Positions 17,419-25,854 of a DNA stretch of 43,429 bases are shown here, piece by piece (position 1 is the first letter of the stretch; every line of letters starts with the position of its first letter). The stretch is from a virus (Duplodnaviria > Caudoviricetes): the IMG/VR virus record IMGVR_UViG_3300044496_000031, positions 1 to 43,429 of that record, one strand, 5' to 3'. The translations under genes and the position numbers were made by a program. The notes under the pieces are model-generated. The model was not told the DNA's origin. It saw only the letters and a list, made by a program, of their open reading frames with translations, and did not search any database.

Positions 17419-18569
17419 TAGCGAGATCTCCGCGGGGTATAGGCCGTGGTCGCGCCACCGCCCGACGCGCTGCCGGTGAACTCGGTGCCGTCCGCACCAA
17501 AGCCAACGCCGGTGAGAACGTCAGCCTCGGCGGGGAGCACCAGGTCGCCATTGAATTCGATGCCGTCGGCGCCGAAGTTGACCCCGTCGCGCACGTCGTT
17601 CTCAAGCGGCAGCGTGACGGTGCCGGTGAGGTTGTCGGTGGGTCCGTACACGACGCCGAACTCGACATCGTCCTCGGCCGGGAATGTGCCACCAGCGCCG
17701 GCACCAGCGGGCACGGTCGGATCGCGCATGTAGATGATCGTCGCCACGATCGGCGTCACGTCCTGCCGCGTCAGACCACCCAGGTCGGGCGCGCCCTCTT
17801 TGTAGGCGACCAGTTGATAGTCGATATTGCGCAGGAGCATGGTGAAATTGCCGGCGCCGTCGCTCACCGTTTCGGCGATGATCTTGGGCCCGGCCTCGAC
17901 GTAGCGCCAGCCGGATTGATACGCGATCACACGGCAATCGGGCACTGGAATGGATGTTTCGTCGACCGTGGTCCCGGTCAACAGGAACACCTGGTAGCTC
18001 TGCTGCGGAGGATAGAGCAGTTGAATCACGCGCCCGAAATTGTCGGGTAGCGTCGTTGACGTAATGACCTTGAGCAACCCGCTGTCCTTGACCTCGCGGC
18101 GCGGGTTGGCGATCAATGGCGTCGGCGCCGCAAGCGTGTTGTCACTCGACAGCACGCGGTCGAATGCCGGCGCTGAGGGCGATGGGAGCATTACATCCAG
18201 CCCGTACAGCTCGCCGTTGCTGTCCTGCGGGACCTGCGAGTAGAGCCACTGAATCGCCGGATCAATCAAAGGACTCGCCGGCTTGGCCGGGCCGATCGGC
18301 ACCATGCCCACGCGCCCGTTGCTGGTTGCCATCGGGCCGATGCTTTCAGGTTTGGCGAAGTAGGGATTCCATCCGACCAGCGCGCGAGGCACCGCAAAGC
18401 CCGGCATCCTCGAAGTGACCCACTCCCCTTGCAGCACGTTCTCGCCGTGCCACGCCACGCCCAAGTCCTGCCACGGCTCGAATGCCGGCCCGAGCGGGAA
18501 ATCGCCAATCGTCAGGTTTTGAATGACCTGATCCGAGGGCTCCGGGAATCGGTTGAAAATGACGCGCAC
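17418..18569 (-). CDS. Putative virion structural protein with three C-terminal P-x-E-x-DV-x-x-GV-x-[YF]G repeats
   Basis: 383 aa, tight junctions with its neighbours, visible tandem repeats of about 23 aa. Confidence 0.65.
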   Translation of the reverse strand: MRVIFNRFPEPSDQVIQNLTIGDFPLGPAFEPWQDLGVAWHGENVLQGEWVTSRMPGFAVPRALVGWNPYFAKPESIGPMATSNGRVGMVPIGPAKPASPLIDPAIQWLYSQVPQDSNGELYGLDVMLPSPSAPAFDRVLSSDNTLAAPTPLIANPRREVKDSGLLKVITSTTLPDNFGRVIQLLYPPQQSYQVFLLTGTTVDETSIPVPDCRVIAYQSGWRYVEAGPKIIAETVSDGAGNFTMLLRNIDYQLVAYKEGAPDLGGLTRQDVTPIVATIIYMRDPTVPAGAGAGGTFPAEDDVEFGVVYGPTDNLTGTVTLPLENDVRDGVNFGADGIEFNGDLVLPAEADVLTGVGFGADGTEFTGSASGGGATTAYTPRRSR

Positions 18570-18573
18570 GCGA

Positions 18574-19125
18574 TCACGGCGTCAATTGTTCGATGAGGAA
18601 CTGGTGCATGGTCATGGAGCCAGTTGCCACCGTTTGAGTGAATCGGAAATCGAGCGCGTTCGCGATGGTGGAGTCAAAGCCCGTGCCCACTACAGGCGGG
18701 GTGTTGAACGGCACCGATGCACCGCCCGGCCCTGGGCCCGTCGCCGGTAGCGCAGTCAGAATATTGGCCTCCGACCGCCACCAGCCTTGACCGAACAGCG
18801 TTGCACTGACGCCCGTGCCGACCGAGCGGCAGGTCAGCAACACGTCGAGCCACCACGACACGTTGGTCTTGGCGACGACGTTGAGCGGAATGGCCAGCGT
18901 ATCGAACGCCGTCACCGCGCCCATGCGCAAATCGTAGCGCGCGGTCCCCGGCGTCGTGACTACGCACGAAATCCGACCGGATGCGCTGATTCGCCACTGG
19001 CGACCAATCTGCCAGTAGCCGGCAGGGATCGACGTCGGCACATAAGTCGGCACGCATGATGCTGCAGCCGCCGCGGTCAGCGTCGGGCCATCGGAGTAAC
19101 TCGAGGCTATGACTTGGACGGCCAT
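18574..19125 (-). CDS. Putative beta-rich virion protein
   Basis: 183 aa in the head-tail operon; TAATG overlap with the upstream gene. Confidence 0.65.
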   Translation of the reverse strand: MAVQVIASSYSDGPTLTAAAAASCVPTYVPTSIPAGYWQIGRQWRISASGRISCVVTTPGTARYDLRMGAVTAFDTLAIPLNVVAKTNVSWWLDVLLTCRSVGTGVSATLFGQGWWRSEANILTALPATGPGPGGASVPFNTPPVVGTGFDSTIANALDFRFTQTVATGSMTMHQFLIEQLTP

Positions 19126-19601
19126 TACACGACCGCCGCAGCGATGCGTTCCGCGCGCTCGACAGCGGGCCCGAGCTCGGCGAGCCTGGCCGTCAGCTTC
19201 TCCACGCTGGCGCGCAAGGTTTCCTCTTGGGCCATCAATTCGACCATGCGCTCATCGTGAGCCGACTGAATGGCCTTGACGGACTCCGTTGCTTTGCGCT
19301 CTTTCTCGGCAGCGTCGGCGACGGTTTTCGTCGCGTCCTTCGTGGCCGTGGCACGAACCGCGGCCGCCTCATCGCGCAATGCCTTCGCCTCACCCTTGGC
19401 CGCTTCAACGTCGGCCGAAGCCTTGCCGAGCTCGGCCTTGGCCGCAGCGTTCGCTTTCTCGAGCTCGCCGCGAACGGTGTCCATGTTCGACAGCACCGCG
19501 AGCGCGTTGTCGGCCTCGCCGAACGCACGAAATACGCGCTGCATGTTGCCGATTTCGGCAATGGCTTGTTGCAAATTCGGTTTCTGCTTCTCAGCCATCA
19601 A
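19125..19601 (-). CDS. Coiled-coil hypothetical protein
   Basis: Ala/Glu/Lys-rich heptads; ATGA overlap. Confidence 0.7.
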   Translation of the reverse strand: MMAEKQKPNLQQAIAEIGNMQRVFRAFGEADNALAVLSNMDTVRGELEKANAAAKAELGKASADVEAAKGEAKALRDEAAAVRATATKDATKTVADAAEKERKATESVKAIQSAHDERMVELMAQEETLRASVEKLTARLAELGPAVERAERIAAAVV

Positions 19602-19948
19602 CGCCCCCGTCGGATGTAAAGCGTTGCGACCAGCGCGGTCGTGCCGTCGCCCGCGGTCACGTTGGGACGAACATAGCGGCAGATCTCCGCGATCTGCTCG
19701 AGCGCGGCGGCCGTCTTGCTGATTGCCGTGGTCTGTGCGTCCGTCAACGTGTAATAGTTGCCGGCGACGTTCCCGCCTTGCAACACGATCGTGCCGCCGG
19801 CTCCGAACGTGCCAGAAAATTCGATCGAGCCGTCGGCGAAATCAGCAAGCTCGACGGGCTCCCCGGTGTCCGCGTTCGCCAGCGGCGCCCAAACGTATTG
19901 CTCGACGTTGGTCGCCAGTTGCGTACGTACCGCCTTGATGACGGCCAT
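19598..19948 (-). CDS. Putative virion protein
   Basis: GTFGAGGTIVLQGGN...YVRPNVTAG beta-sandwich-like sequence in the head operon. Confidence 0.7.
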   Translation of the reverse strand: MAVIKAVRTQLATNVEQYVWAPLANADTGEPVELADFADGSIEFSGTFGAGGTIVLQGGNVAGNYYTLTDAQTTAISKTAAALEQIAEICRYVRPNVTAGDGTTALVATLYIRRGR

Positions 19949-19951
19949 GGC

Positions 19952-20152
19952 TTAGACCGGGGGCCAGGTGTCTTTCGTGATCGCGGCGATGATCGCCTCG
20001 AGCGCGCGCACCGTACGAATTTTGCTGTTGTTGGCCGCGTCATAGGTGACGCGAACCTCAACGGGATTGCCGGCCTGGCTCGCGGCGTTCTCGACAACGG
20101 CGCTGAATGTGTCGTTGCCGAATTGCGTTACCGAAAAGAAGCGGTCTGCCAT
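19952..20152 (-). CDS. Small hypothetical protein
   Basis: GGAGG RBS; 66 aa, ends WPPV. Confidence 0.7.
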   Translation of the reverse strand: MADRFFSVTQFGNDTFSAVVENAASQAGNPVEVRVTYDAANNSKIRTVRALEAIIAAITKDTWPPV

Positions 20153-20168
20153 GCTACCTCCATGCGAG

Positions 20169-20189
20169 TCGGGGGCCGAAGCCCCCGGA
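20169..20189 (-). other. GC-rich hairpin with cUUCGg tetraloop after the capsid-decoration gene
   Basis: Minus strand CGGGGGC-TTCG-GCCCCCG. No U-tract, so more likely an mRNA stabiliser or attenuator than a classic terminator. Confidence 0.55.
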
Positions 20190-20200
20190 TCGCGTTGTTA

Positions 20201-20695
20201 CTACACGCAGTAAGTAGCCTGGATCGTCGCCTGCCCGGCCGCGGTCGCCGCCGCCGTGAGCGTCCCGCAGACATCGAAAAAGCATTGCGGGTCCGCGGTC
20301 AAACCGGCCGCTTGCCACAAAGGCTGCTCGATCAATGTCGGCGACAGCGTGGCCGCCTCGTTGGTTACGTCGGTCCACGGCGCCAGCGCCGCCGCCCACG
20401 TTTGCGCCGACGCGAAAAAGTCCACGTCGACGACGGCGCCGGTATCGGCTCGATACAAGCCAATGTCGGCAATGGCGCCCGTGGTCGCCGTGCAGCGCAA
20501 AAGGATCTGCGAAATTCTGGCGTTCGACGGGATGCGGCAGAACTTGTAAATCGACGCGATCGAATCGCCGTTCGCGATCTCGACCTTGCCAATCGCGGTT
20601 TCCAACATCGAGCGCGCTTGGCGTGCGACGGGCAGCGAGCCGCCCGGTGTGTCCATCAGCGTCAACGCCGCTGACTTGACAGTGACAACAGCCAT
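20201..20695 (-). CDS. Capsid decoration/cement protein
   Basis: Directly after the capsid gene, strong RBS (AAAGGA), 164 aa beta-rich (RIPSNARI, DIGLY). Confidence 0.65.
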   Translation of the reverse strand: MAVVTVKSAALTLMDTPGGSLPVARQARSMLETAIGKVEIANGDSIASIYKFCRIPSNARISQILLRCTATTGAIADIGLYRADTGAVVDVDFFASAQTWAAALAPWTDVTNEAATLSPTLIEQPLWQAAGLTADPQCFFDVCGTLTAAATAAGQATIQATYCV

Positions 20696-20733
20696 GATCT
20701 TTCCTTTCGGTCAGTGTGTCAGGGGTTGATCGG

Positions 20734-21642
20734 TTAGCGCGCCCAAATCCGAACGACCTTCTTTTCCTCGAGGCGCGTCGCGTTGGCCATCATGTAGATG
20801 TAGACCTGCCACGGCTGGCCGGCGATGTCCTTGCGCTGCGAGACATCGGTGTTGACGTCGGCCCATACCGCCAGGTGCATCCCCGACTTGGCCCACATCG
20901 GGCACGAGCGCGATTGGCCCGCGGCGTCGTCCGTGCCCACGACCAGGCGCTCGGAGTGAATGAACTGCACGCCGAGGAACCGCTCGAGCCGACCCTCGCG
21001 CAGAACCGGCAGATTGCCCGGCCCGCCCATCGGGTTGTAATCCTGGCTCGTAATGGTGATCTCGTTGAGCAGCGACTCCTCCTCGATCGCGCTGATCGCG
21101 CAGAAAATCGGATCGTCGGGGTCGACCTCGCTGGCGCGCAGCAAGCGCACGCCGCGCTTCAACTTGTCGACGTTCATGTTCGACGCGGTGCCGCCCAGGT
21201 TGACGCTGACCGTGTTGCCGGCCAGGATCGGCGTGGACGTCGCACCCGTTTCGCCGGTCTGCGCGGCGGCCGTGAACGCGGCGATGATGAGATCGTCAAA
21301 TTTCCGGTTGGCGCCCTGAATGGCGTTGGTCAGGTACGAGCTCTGCGGGTCGGACAGGACCTTGAGCTTGTCGAAGGTGTCGACCATCTGCGGCAGGTCG
21401 AACGCGAGCGGCGCGACCCAACGGCGGTCGACCACAGCGTCGACGCGACCGATCGGCGGGAACTGCCCGATAACCGGCAGCATTTCGACTTGGCCGAGCT
21501 GATCGACCGGGCTGACTTGCTTGCCGCGATAGCCCGATTTGTAGGTGACGGCATCGCGCAAGCGCGACGTCTTTTGTTGCAGCAACAGCTCGACGTTGGT
21601 CGCGAACTGTTGGCCGTATAGCTGCGGGAGATTGATGGACAC
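20734..21642 (-). CDS. Major capsid protein
   Basis: QQFATNVELLLQQKTSRLR, DKLKVLSDPQSSY, NRKFDDLII, FLGVQFIHSERL and ATRLEEKKVV; follows the scaffold gene. Confidence 0.9.
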   Translation of the reverse strand: MSINLPQLYGQQFATNVELLLQQKTSRLRDAVTYKSGYRGKQVSPVDQLGQVEMLPVIGQFPPIGRVDAVVDRRWVAPLAFDLPQMVDTFDKLKVLSDPQSSYLTNAIQGANRKFDDLIIAAFTAAAQTGETGATSTPILAGNTVSVNLGGTASNMNVDKLKRGVRLLRASEVDPDDPIFCAISAIEEESLLNEITITSQDYNPMGGPGNLPVLREGRLERFLGVQFIHSERLVVGTDDAAGQSRSCPMWAKSGMHLAVWADVNTDVSQRKDIAGQPWQVYIYMMANATRLEEKKVVRIWAR

Positions 21643-21685
21643 GGTGGGCCTCGAGAAAACACGTTAGAGAAACGGGTTCTCGTAG

Positions 21686-21819
21686 GGCTTGTCCGTCCAC
21701 TCGGGCCGCTTGCGCAGTTGTCCTTTCGAGCGGGGCCTGCTACTTGCCGGATGACGCGCCGGCCGCGCGAAGCTCTTAGCTCAATCACCCGGCCCGCGGA
21801 CCTCCCGCGGGTTGTCGGG
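21686..21819 (-). ncRNA. Putative structured cis-regulatory RNA in the capsid leader (three hairpins with GACAA bulges)
   Basis: Hairpins at 21788-21819, 21714-21740 and 21686-21707, each with an unpaired ACAA after a paired G. Confidence 0.45.
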
Positions 21820-21856
21820 TTCAGTGGTGGGGATGATGCGTAGGGTTTTTCAAATG

Positions 21857-22762
21857 TCAAGCGGCCTGGCGTTGCGCGGCCAGGATCATGTCGAGCTTGA
21901 GCTTCTCGGCCGCTTCCGGCCCGGTCGGGTTGGCCATGAGCCGCTTGCCCCACTCCCTATCGTTGATGAGTGCCGTCATCCTGGCTTGCGCGGCCTGCGG
22001 GCTGATAATGCCGTCCGTCGGCTGGCCCTTGATGAGCTGGTCCTCGCTCTGGAACTTGCCCGCGGTGTGAAAGATGTTCGCCGTGAGCTCGACCCCGATC
22101 GCGGCCTCGATCGCGCCCATGATGTCGTCGCGACCGATTTCCGCCCCGGTGCCGGGATCCTTGTACTTCTCGGGCACCAGCACGCGCACGGCGCGCCGCG
22201 TCTCCTCGAGGTAGCCCGGGAGCTTCTCGCCGTGCTCGGTCACAAGGGCCTGCATTCGCTTGCCGTGCTCGACCTTGGCGGCCGCCTCGAGCGTCTCCTG
22301 CGCCTTGGTCCCGAGCCCGTCCATGGTCGCCCGTGCCTCGGTGAGAAAGCCGGCGAGCTGGCTGTCGCTCATGTTGTGCTTGTGCGCGATCGGCACCAGC
22401 GCCTTTGCCCAATCCTGATCCTTGAGCGCGTCGGGCAGCTTGTAGCCCTCGGGCGTCGGCGGTATCCCCATCTTCGTGCGGAATTCGGCCAGGCCCTCGA
22501 CGTCGTCCGCACCTTTTGGCAAGCGCACGAGCGTTTTCGGATCGCCCTTGGCCAGCTTCTCGAGGTTGACGTAGCTCTCGACGAAGGTGTCCGCATCGGG
22601 GTTGCCCTTGAGCTCCATCAGTCCGTTCCACTTCTCGGAATGCCAGCGGCCGGCAGGTGCGGCGGGAGCAGCGGGGGCGCCTGGTGCTGGTGCTGCTGGT
22701 GCAGCCGTAGCGGCGGGGGCGGCTGGCGTTGCGGGCGCGGTCATGATCTCACTCGGCGGCAT
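21857..22762 (-). CDS. Capsid scaffolding protein
   Basis: Ala/Pro low-complexity N-terminus, SYVNLEKL, MGIPPTPEGYKL; lies between portal and capsid. Confidence 0.8.
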   Translation of the reverse strand: MPPSEIMTAPATPAAPAATAAPAAPAPGAPAAPAAPAGRWHSEKWNGLMELKGNPDADTFVESYVNLEKLAKGDPKTLVRLPKGADDVEGLAEFRTKMGIPPTPEGYKLPDALKDQDWAKALVPIAHKHNMSDSQLAGFLTEARATMDGLGTKAQETLEAAAKVEHGKRMQALVTEHGEKLPGYLEETRRAVRVLVPEKYKDPGTGAEIGRDDIMGAIEAAIGVELTANIFHTAGKFQSEDQLIKGQPTDGIISPQAAQARMTALINDREWGKRLMANPTGPEAAEKLKLDMILAAQRQAA

Positions 22763-23048
22763 ATTCGTTTTCCAGTTGAATGACGCGATCGAAGGCGACC
22801 AGCGGAGTGCTCGCCATTTTCAGAACGTGCAACAGCATTTCCCGGCGCCCTTCCGCGAGCGCCATCGCCAGCGGGTCGACGGTGCCGGTGTGCGGTGACA
22901 CCATCATCGTGCTCCGCTGGTAGTAGCCAAAGCGCGCGAGCTCGGCCAGCACGAGGCGAGTGTCTTGGTCGTTGAGGTTGGAGAACACGCGCTGGAACGC
23001 AGCGACCGTGTCGCGCTGGCGCATCAACGCGGCGAGCGGGTTAATCAT
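22749..23048 (-). CDS. Bbp19-like conserved phage protein
   Basis: FQRVF...VLAELARF...DPLAMALAEGRREMLLHV; follows the portal gene. Confidence 0.75.
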   Translation of the reverse strand: MINPLAALMRQRDTVAAFQRVFSNLNDQDTRLVLAELARFGYYQRSTMMVSPHTGTVDPLAMALAEGRREMLLHVLKMASTPLVAFDRVIQLENEYAAE

Positions 23049-24703
23049 TGCAGGAGCGCGCCCAGGTTATTCGGCGAGCTGCCCGCGGTGGCCTGCGCCT
23101 TCGCGAGCTTGTCCGCTGCAGCACCGAGCAAGGGCGCAGCTTCAACGGCCTGCTGCGCGGTCGCCTGGTCCTGGCTCTGCTTGCGCAGGGCCGCGATCGC
23201 TTGCGGGCTGCGGAGGATCGACTGCGGCACGTCGAACACATCGGACATTTCGACCGTGACCATATCGAAGTCGACAGCGTCGCCGACGTCGGGCTTCTGC
23301 TCCATGATCGGCAACAGCGACGAGAGAAAATTCTGAATCCCGATGCCCTTCTGCGCCTTCTGCGCCTGGTTAATTGGGCCCGCGTAGTCGGCTTTGATTG
23401 CACCATAGCCGCCGGCGTCTAGGAGCTCGGGCGGCATCGGTGGCAACAGGTTTGCGGCATTGGGGCCCAAAATGTCGAGCTCGCGCGCGATCATCCCGCC
23501 CAGGAGCTCACCTTGCACGCGCTGGCCAGGTGGCGCCATCAACGCCCCTTTCTCCTGTGCGCGAATGAGTGCTTCAGTCGCCGTCATCCCGGTCGGCTTG
23601 TCGACCAGGATCATGAACAGCGACACGTTGAAAATATCGTTGATGCGTGTGCGAACGCCCTGCACAACTTCCTCACCGAGCCCGACGTCAGCGCCCGTCA
23701 TGAGGGGATGCACGAGCTGGCGGCCCTGCTCGTCAACGCCGCCACGGTTCAACCCGCCCGGGCGCATCTGGAACGCAGCGAGCACGCCGTCATGCGGCAG
23801 CAACAGCGGAGGACTCACGACCAGGTGCGCAGCGCGCAGGATGGTTTTCTGCATCTCGTTCAGCATCTTGATGTCGGGGAGTGCTGTGATCCCAGGCCCG
23901 CGCCCGTACTGCTCGCCCGGCCCGGTCTGATAGCGCCCGACGGCGAAGGGGAACGTGCGGTAGCCCGCCTCGCGCACGACGGCCTTGTCGTCGATCGCGA
24001 TGTAGCACGAGCTGAACGGGAGCCGCGTATCGCCGCCGGCATAGCCCTTCATGCGCGCCGGCTGAACCACGTGCAGGAAGTCAAATGGCGTATCCGGTGT
24101 CTCCGTCGCGGCCTTGGCTAGCTTCGCAGGCAGCTTCTCGGCGCCGAACATCGACAGAGCTTGATGCGCGCGCAACGAAAACTTGCGGTGCATCGTGTCC
24201 ACGACGCCGTACTCGTTCTCACAGAAATAGTGCTCCGACGGATGCCCCGCGCGATAGACCAGGTGTTGCCCGACGTTCTCGTCGACGAAGATAACCGCAT
24301 TGCCGTAGGCGCCGAACGATAGGAACGCCTCACTGATCGCCTGGCCGAATTGCGCGCGCGATGCGTAGCGGCACGCGAACATGACATCTGTTGCATCGTC
24401 GCACCAGCGGCGCACGGCCCGGCTGTCCTCGAGGCGCGGATCAACCGGCACCAGCGAGTGCCAGCGTTGCGTGGCCGGGGTCAACATCGACTGCATCGCC
24501 GCCGCGAATCGCTCATTGGCCGAGATTGGCGTCGAGTCGAATACGCGCTGCATCCGTTTCTCGCCCGGCGTCAACGTGCGCACGAAATTCGCACTGTTGG
24601 GCATGACGAAGTCGCCGACCTCCTGCCAATGCGAATCGAAATTCGCGCGCCCCGTCTCGAGCTCGGCCTGCCGGCGCAACAGCAAAGGCGCGTCGAGTGC
24701 CAT
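23045..24703 (-). CDS. Portal (head-to-tail connector) protein
   Basis: 552 aa. FDSTP, LTPATQRW, GEQYGRGPG, LPDIKMLN and MTATEALIRAQEK motifs. Confidence 0.92.
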   Translation of the reverse strand: MALDAPLLLRRQAELETGRANFDSHWQEVGDFVMPNSANFVRTLTPGEKRMQRVFDSTPISANERFAAAMQSMLTPATQRWHSLVPVDPRLEDSRAVRRWCDDATDVMFACRYASRAQFGQAISEAFLSFGAYGNAVIFVDENVGQHLVYRAGHPSEHYFCENEYGVVDTMHRKFSLRAHQALSMFGAEKLPAKLAKAATETPDTPFDFLHVVQPARMKGYAGGDTRLPFSSCYIAIDDKAVVREAGYRTFPFAVGRYQTGPGEQYGRGPGITALPDIKMLNEMQKTILRAAHLVVSPPLLLPHDGVLAAFQMRPGGLNRGGVDEQGRQLVHPLMTGADVGLGEEVVQGVRTRINDIFNVSLFMILVDKPTGMTATEALIRAQEKGALMAPPGQRVQGELLGGMIARELDILGPNAANLLPPMPPELLDAGGYGAIKADYAGPINQAQKAQKGIGIQNFLSSLLPIMEQKPDVGDAVDFDMVTVEMSDVFDVPQSILRSPQAIAALRKQSQDQATAQQAVEAAPLLGAAADKLAKAQATAGSSPNNLGALLQ

Positions 24704-24924
24704 CAGCCAAGCACCGATTTGGTCGCCGGCGCGGATCCACCGAGCCCACCGTCGCCCGCAACCATGATCGTCGAGCGCGCGCCCTTACGCCGGCGCAGGC
24801 GGTCGGCCTGGTCCCGGTTCAACGCCGCGGTGTCGACCGTGGGCGGTGGCGGCGGTGCCTCGGGCACAACCGGGGCCGGCGCCTGCTTCTGCCCGCCTCC
24901 GAAAATCTTAGAAAGAAAGCTCAT
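24703..24924 (-). CDS. Small pre-portal protein
   Basis: Pro-rich, RRRKGARSTI...KSVLG, TGATG overlap with the portal gene; conserved position in podoviruses. Confidence 0.75.
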   Translation of the reverse strand: MSFLSKIFGGGQKQAPAPVVPEAPPPPPTVDTAALNRDQADRLRRRKGARSTIMVAGDGGLGGSAPATKSVLG

Positions 24925-24966
24925 CTTCGTCCCTCTCGTTGTCAGCCAACACGATGATGCTACAAA

Positions 24967-25401
24967 TTATCTTCGATGCAGGCCGGTCGCCGGGCCCGGG
25001 ATCGTCGGCAGCACGGCAACGGAATCGAAAACGAAAGGGGGGCCGACCGGACCGACCCCCGCAACGTTTTGCAGCGTAGCCGTCATGGTGTAGGTTCCGG
25101 CGACCAGCGAAACCGGCATGGAGCACGCCACACTTCCGGCCACGCCGGGAACATACGGCGCATCGGCAGGCACACAAAACGCCGCGTTTGACAGCGGGAT
25201 CGTGGACGACAGGACGACCGGAGAATTCCCCGCCGGCACGCCGTTCTTGATGAGGTTGCACGACGTTGGCTGATTCGGTCCCGGTGGGATTGCATCGCTC
25301 ACGATGTTGCACGTGATGGTGCAAAGGCATTGCTGATTTTGCGCGCTCGCCGCGGTGATCGCGAACAGGGACAAAAACAGGAATAGTGCGAGCTTGGTCA
25401 C
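24967..25401 (-). CDS. Secreted Cys/Pro-rich hypothetical protein
   Basis: Start re-called at GTG 25401 (GTGA overlap). MTKLALFLFLSLFAITAASA-Q signal peptide, six Cys. Confidence 0.65.
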   Translation of the reverse strand: MTKLALFLFLSLFAITAASAQNQQCLCTITCNIVSDAIPPGPNQPTSCNLIKNGVPAGNSPVVLSSTIPLSNAAFCVPADAPYVPGVAGSVACSMPVSLVAGTYTMTATLQNVAGVGPVGPPFVFDSVAVLPTIPGPATGLHRR

Positions 25402-25547
25402 AGCCGAAGCCCTCCGAGAACCTGGGTCAGCATCCACAACGCCATGCCGGCCCATCCGTAGGCCAGGTGCTGCGGCTCGGGCGTCTTGAGTGCGGCGAGG
25501 AACAAGAGCACGAAGCCGAGCAAAACAAGGAAAGTGTTGAGCGTCAT
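25398..25547 (-). CDS. 49-aa two-TM membrane protein (not in the ORF track)
   Basis: GGAGG RBS then ATG at 25547: MTLNTFLVLLGFVLLFLAALKTPEPQHLAYGWAGMALWMLTQVLGGLRL. Confidence 0.65.
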   Translation of the reverse strand: MTLNTFLVLLGFVLLFLAALKTPEPQHLAYGWAGMALWMLTQVLGGLRL

Positions 25548-25563
25548 TTGAATCCTCCGTTGG

Positions 25564-25854
25564 TTAGATGGTCGGCCAATCGAGCGGGTTTGCCTCGCCA
25601 GGTACGCGCGGCGGGACAGCGTCGATTGCGGTCACGCGATAGCCCTTGGTCGGGAACCCGTCAGCGCCCTTGTCGCCGTATTCCTGCGCCACGTGCCAAA
25701 TGCACTGATTTGGCAAGCGGTTCAATTCGCCGGCGATCGCGTTGAGATCGTCGATACCGAAATCCTCGTCAATCGGTTTCCATCGTGATGCTCTGCGCTG
25801 GACCGGCCCGAGAAGCGCGCTGGAAGGGTCGAGGATGAAGTGCGTGGCGCTCAC
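25564..25854 (-). CDS. Hypothetical protein
   Basis: GTGA overlap with the terL stop; 96 aa. Confidence 0.6.
   Translation of the reverse strand: MSATHFILDPSSALLGPVQRRASRWKPIDEDFGIDDLNAIAGELNRLPNQCIWHVAQEYGDKGADGFPTKGYRVTAIDAVPPRVPGEANPLDWPTI

Noticed and set aside
20169-20189. Rho-independent terminator after the decoration gene
   Set aside because: Strong hairpin but no U-tract on either strand; kept only as a hairpin.
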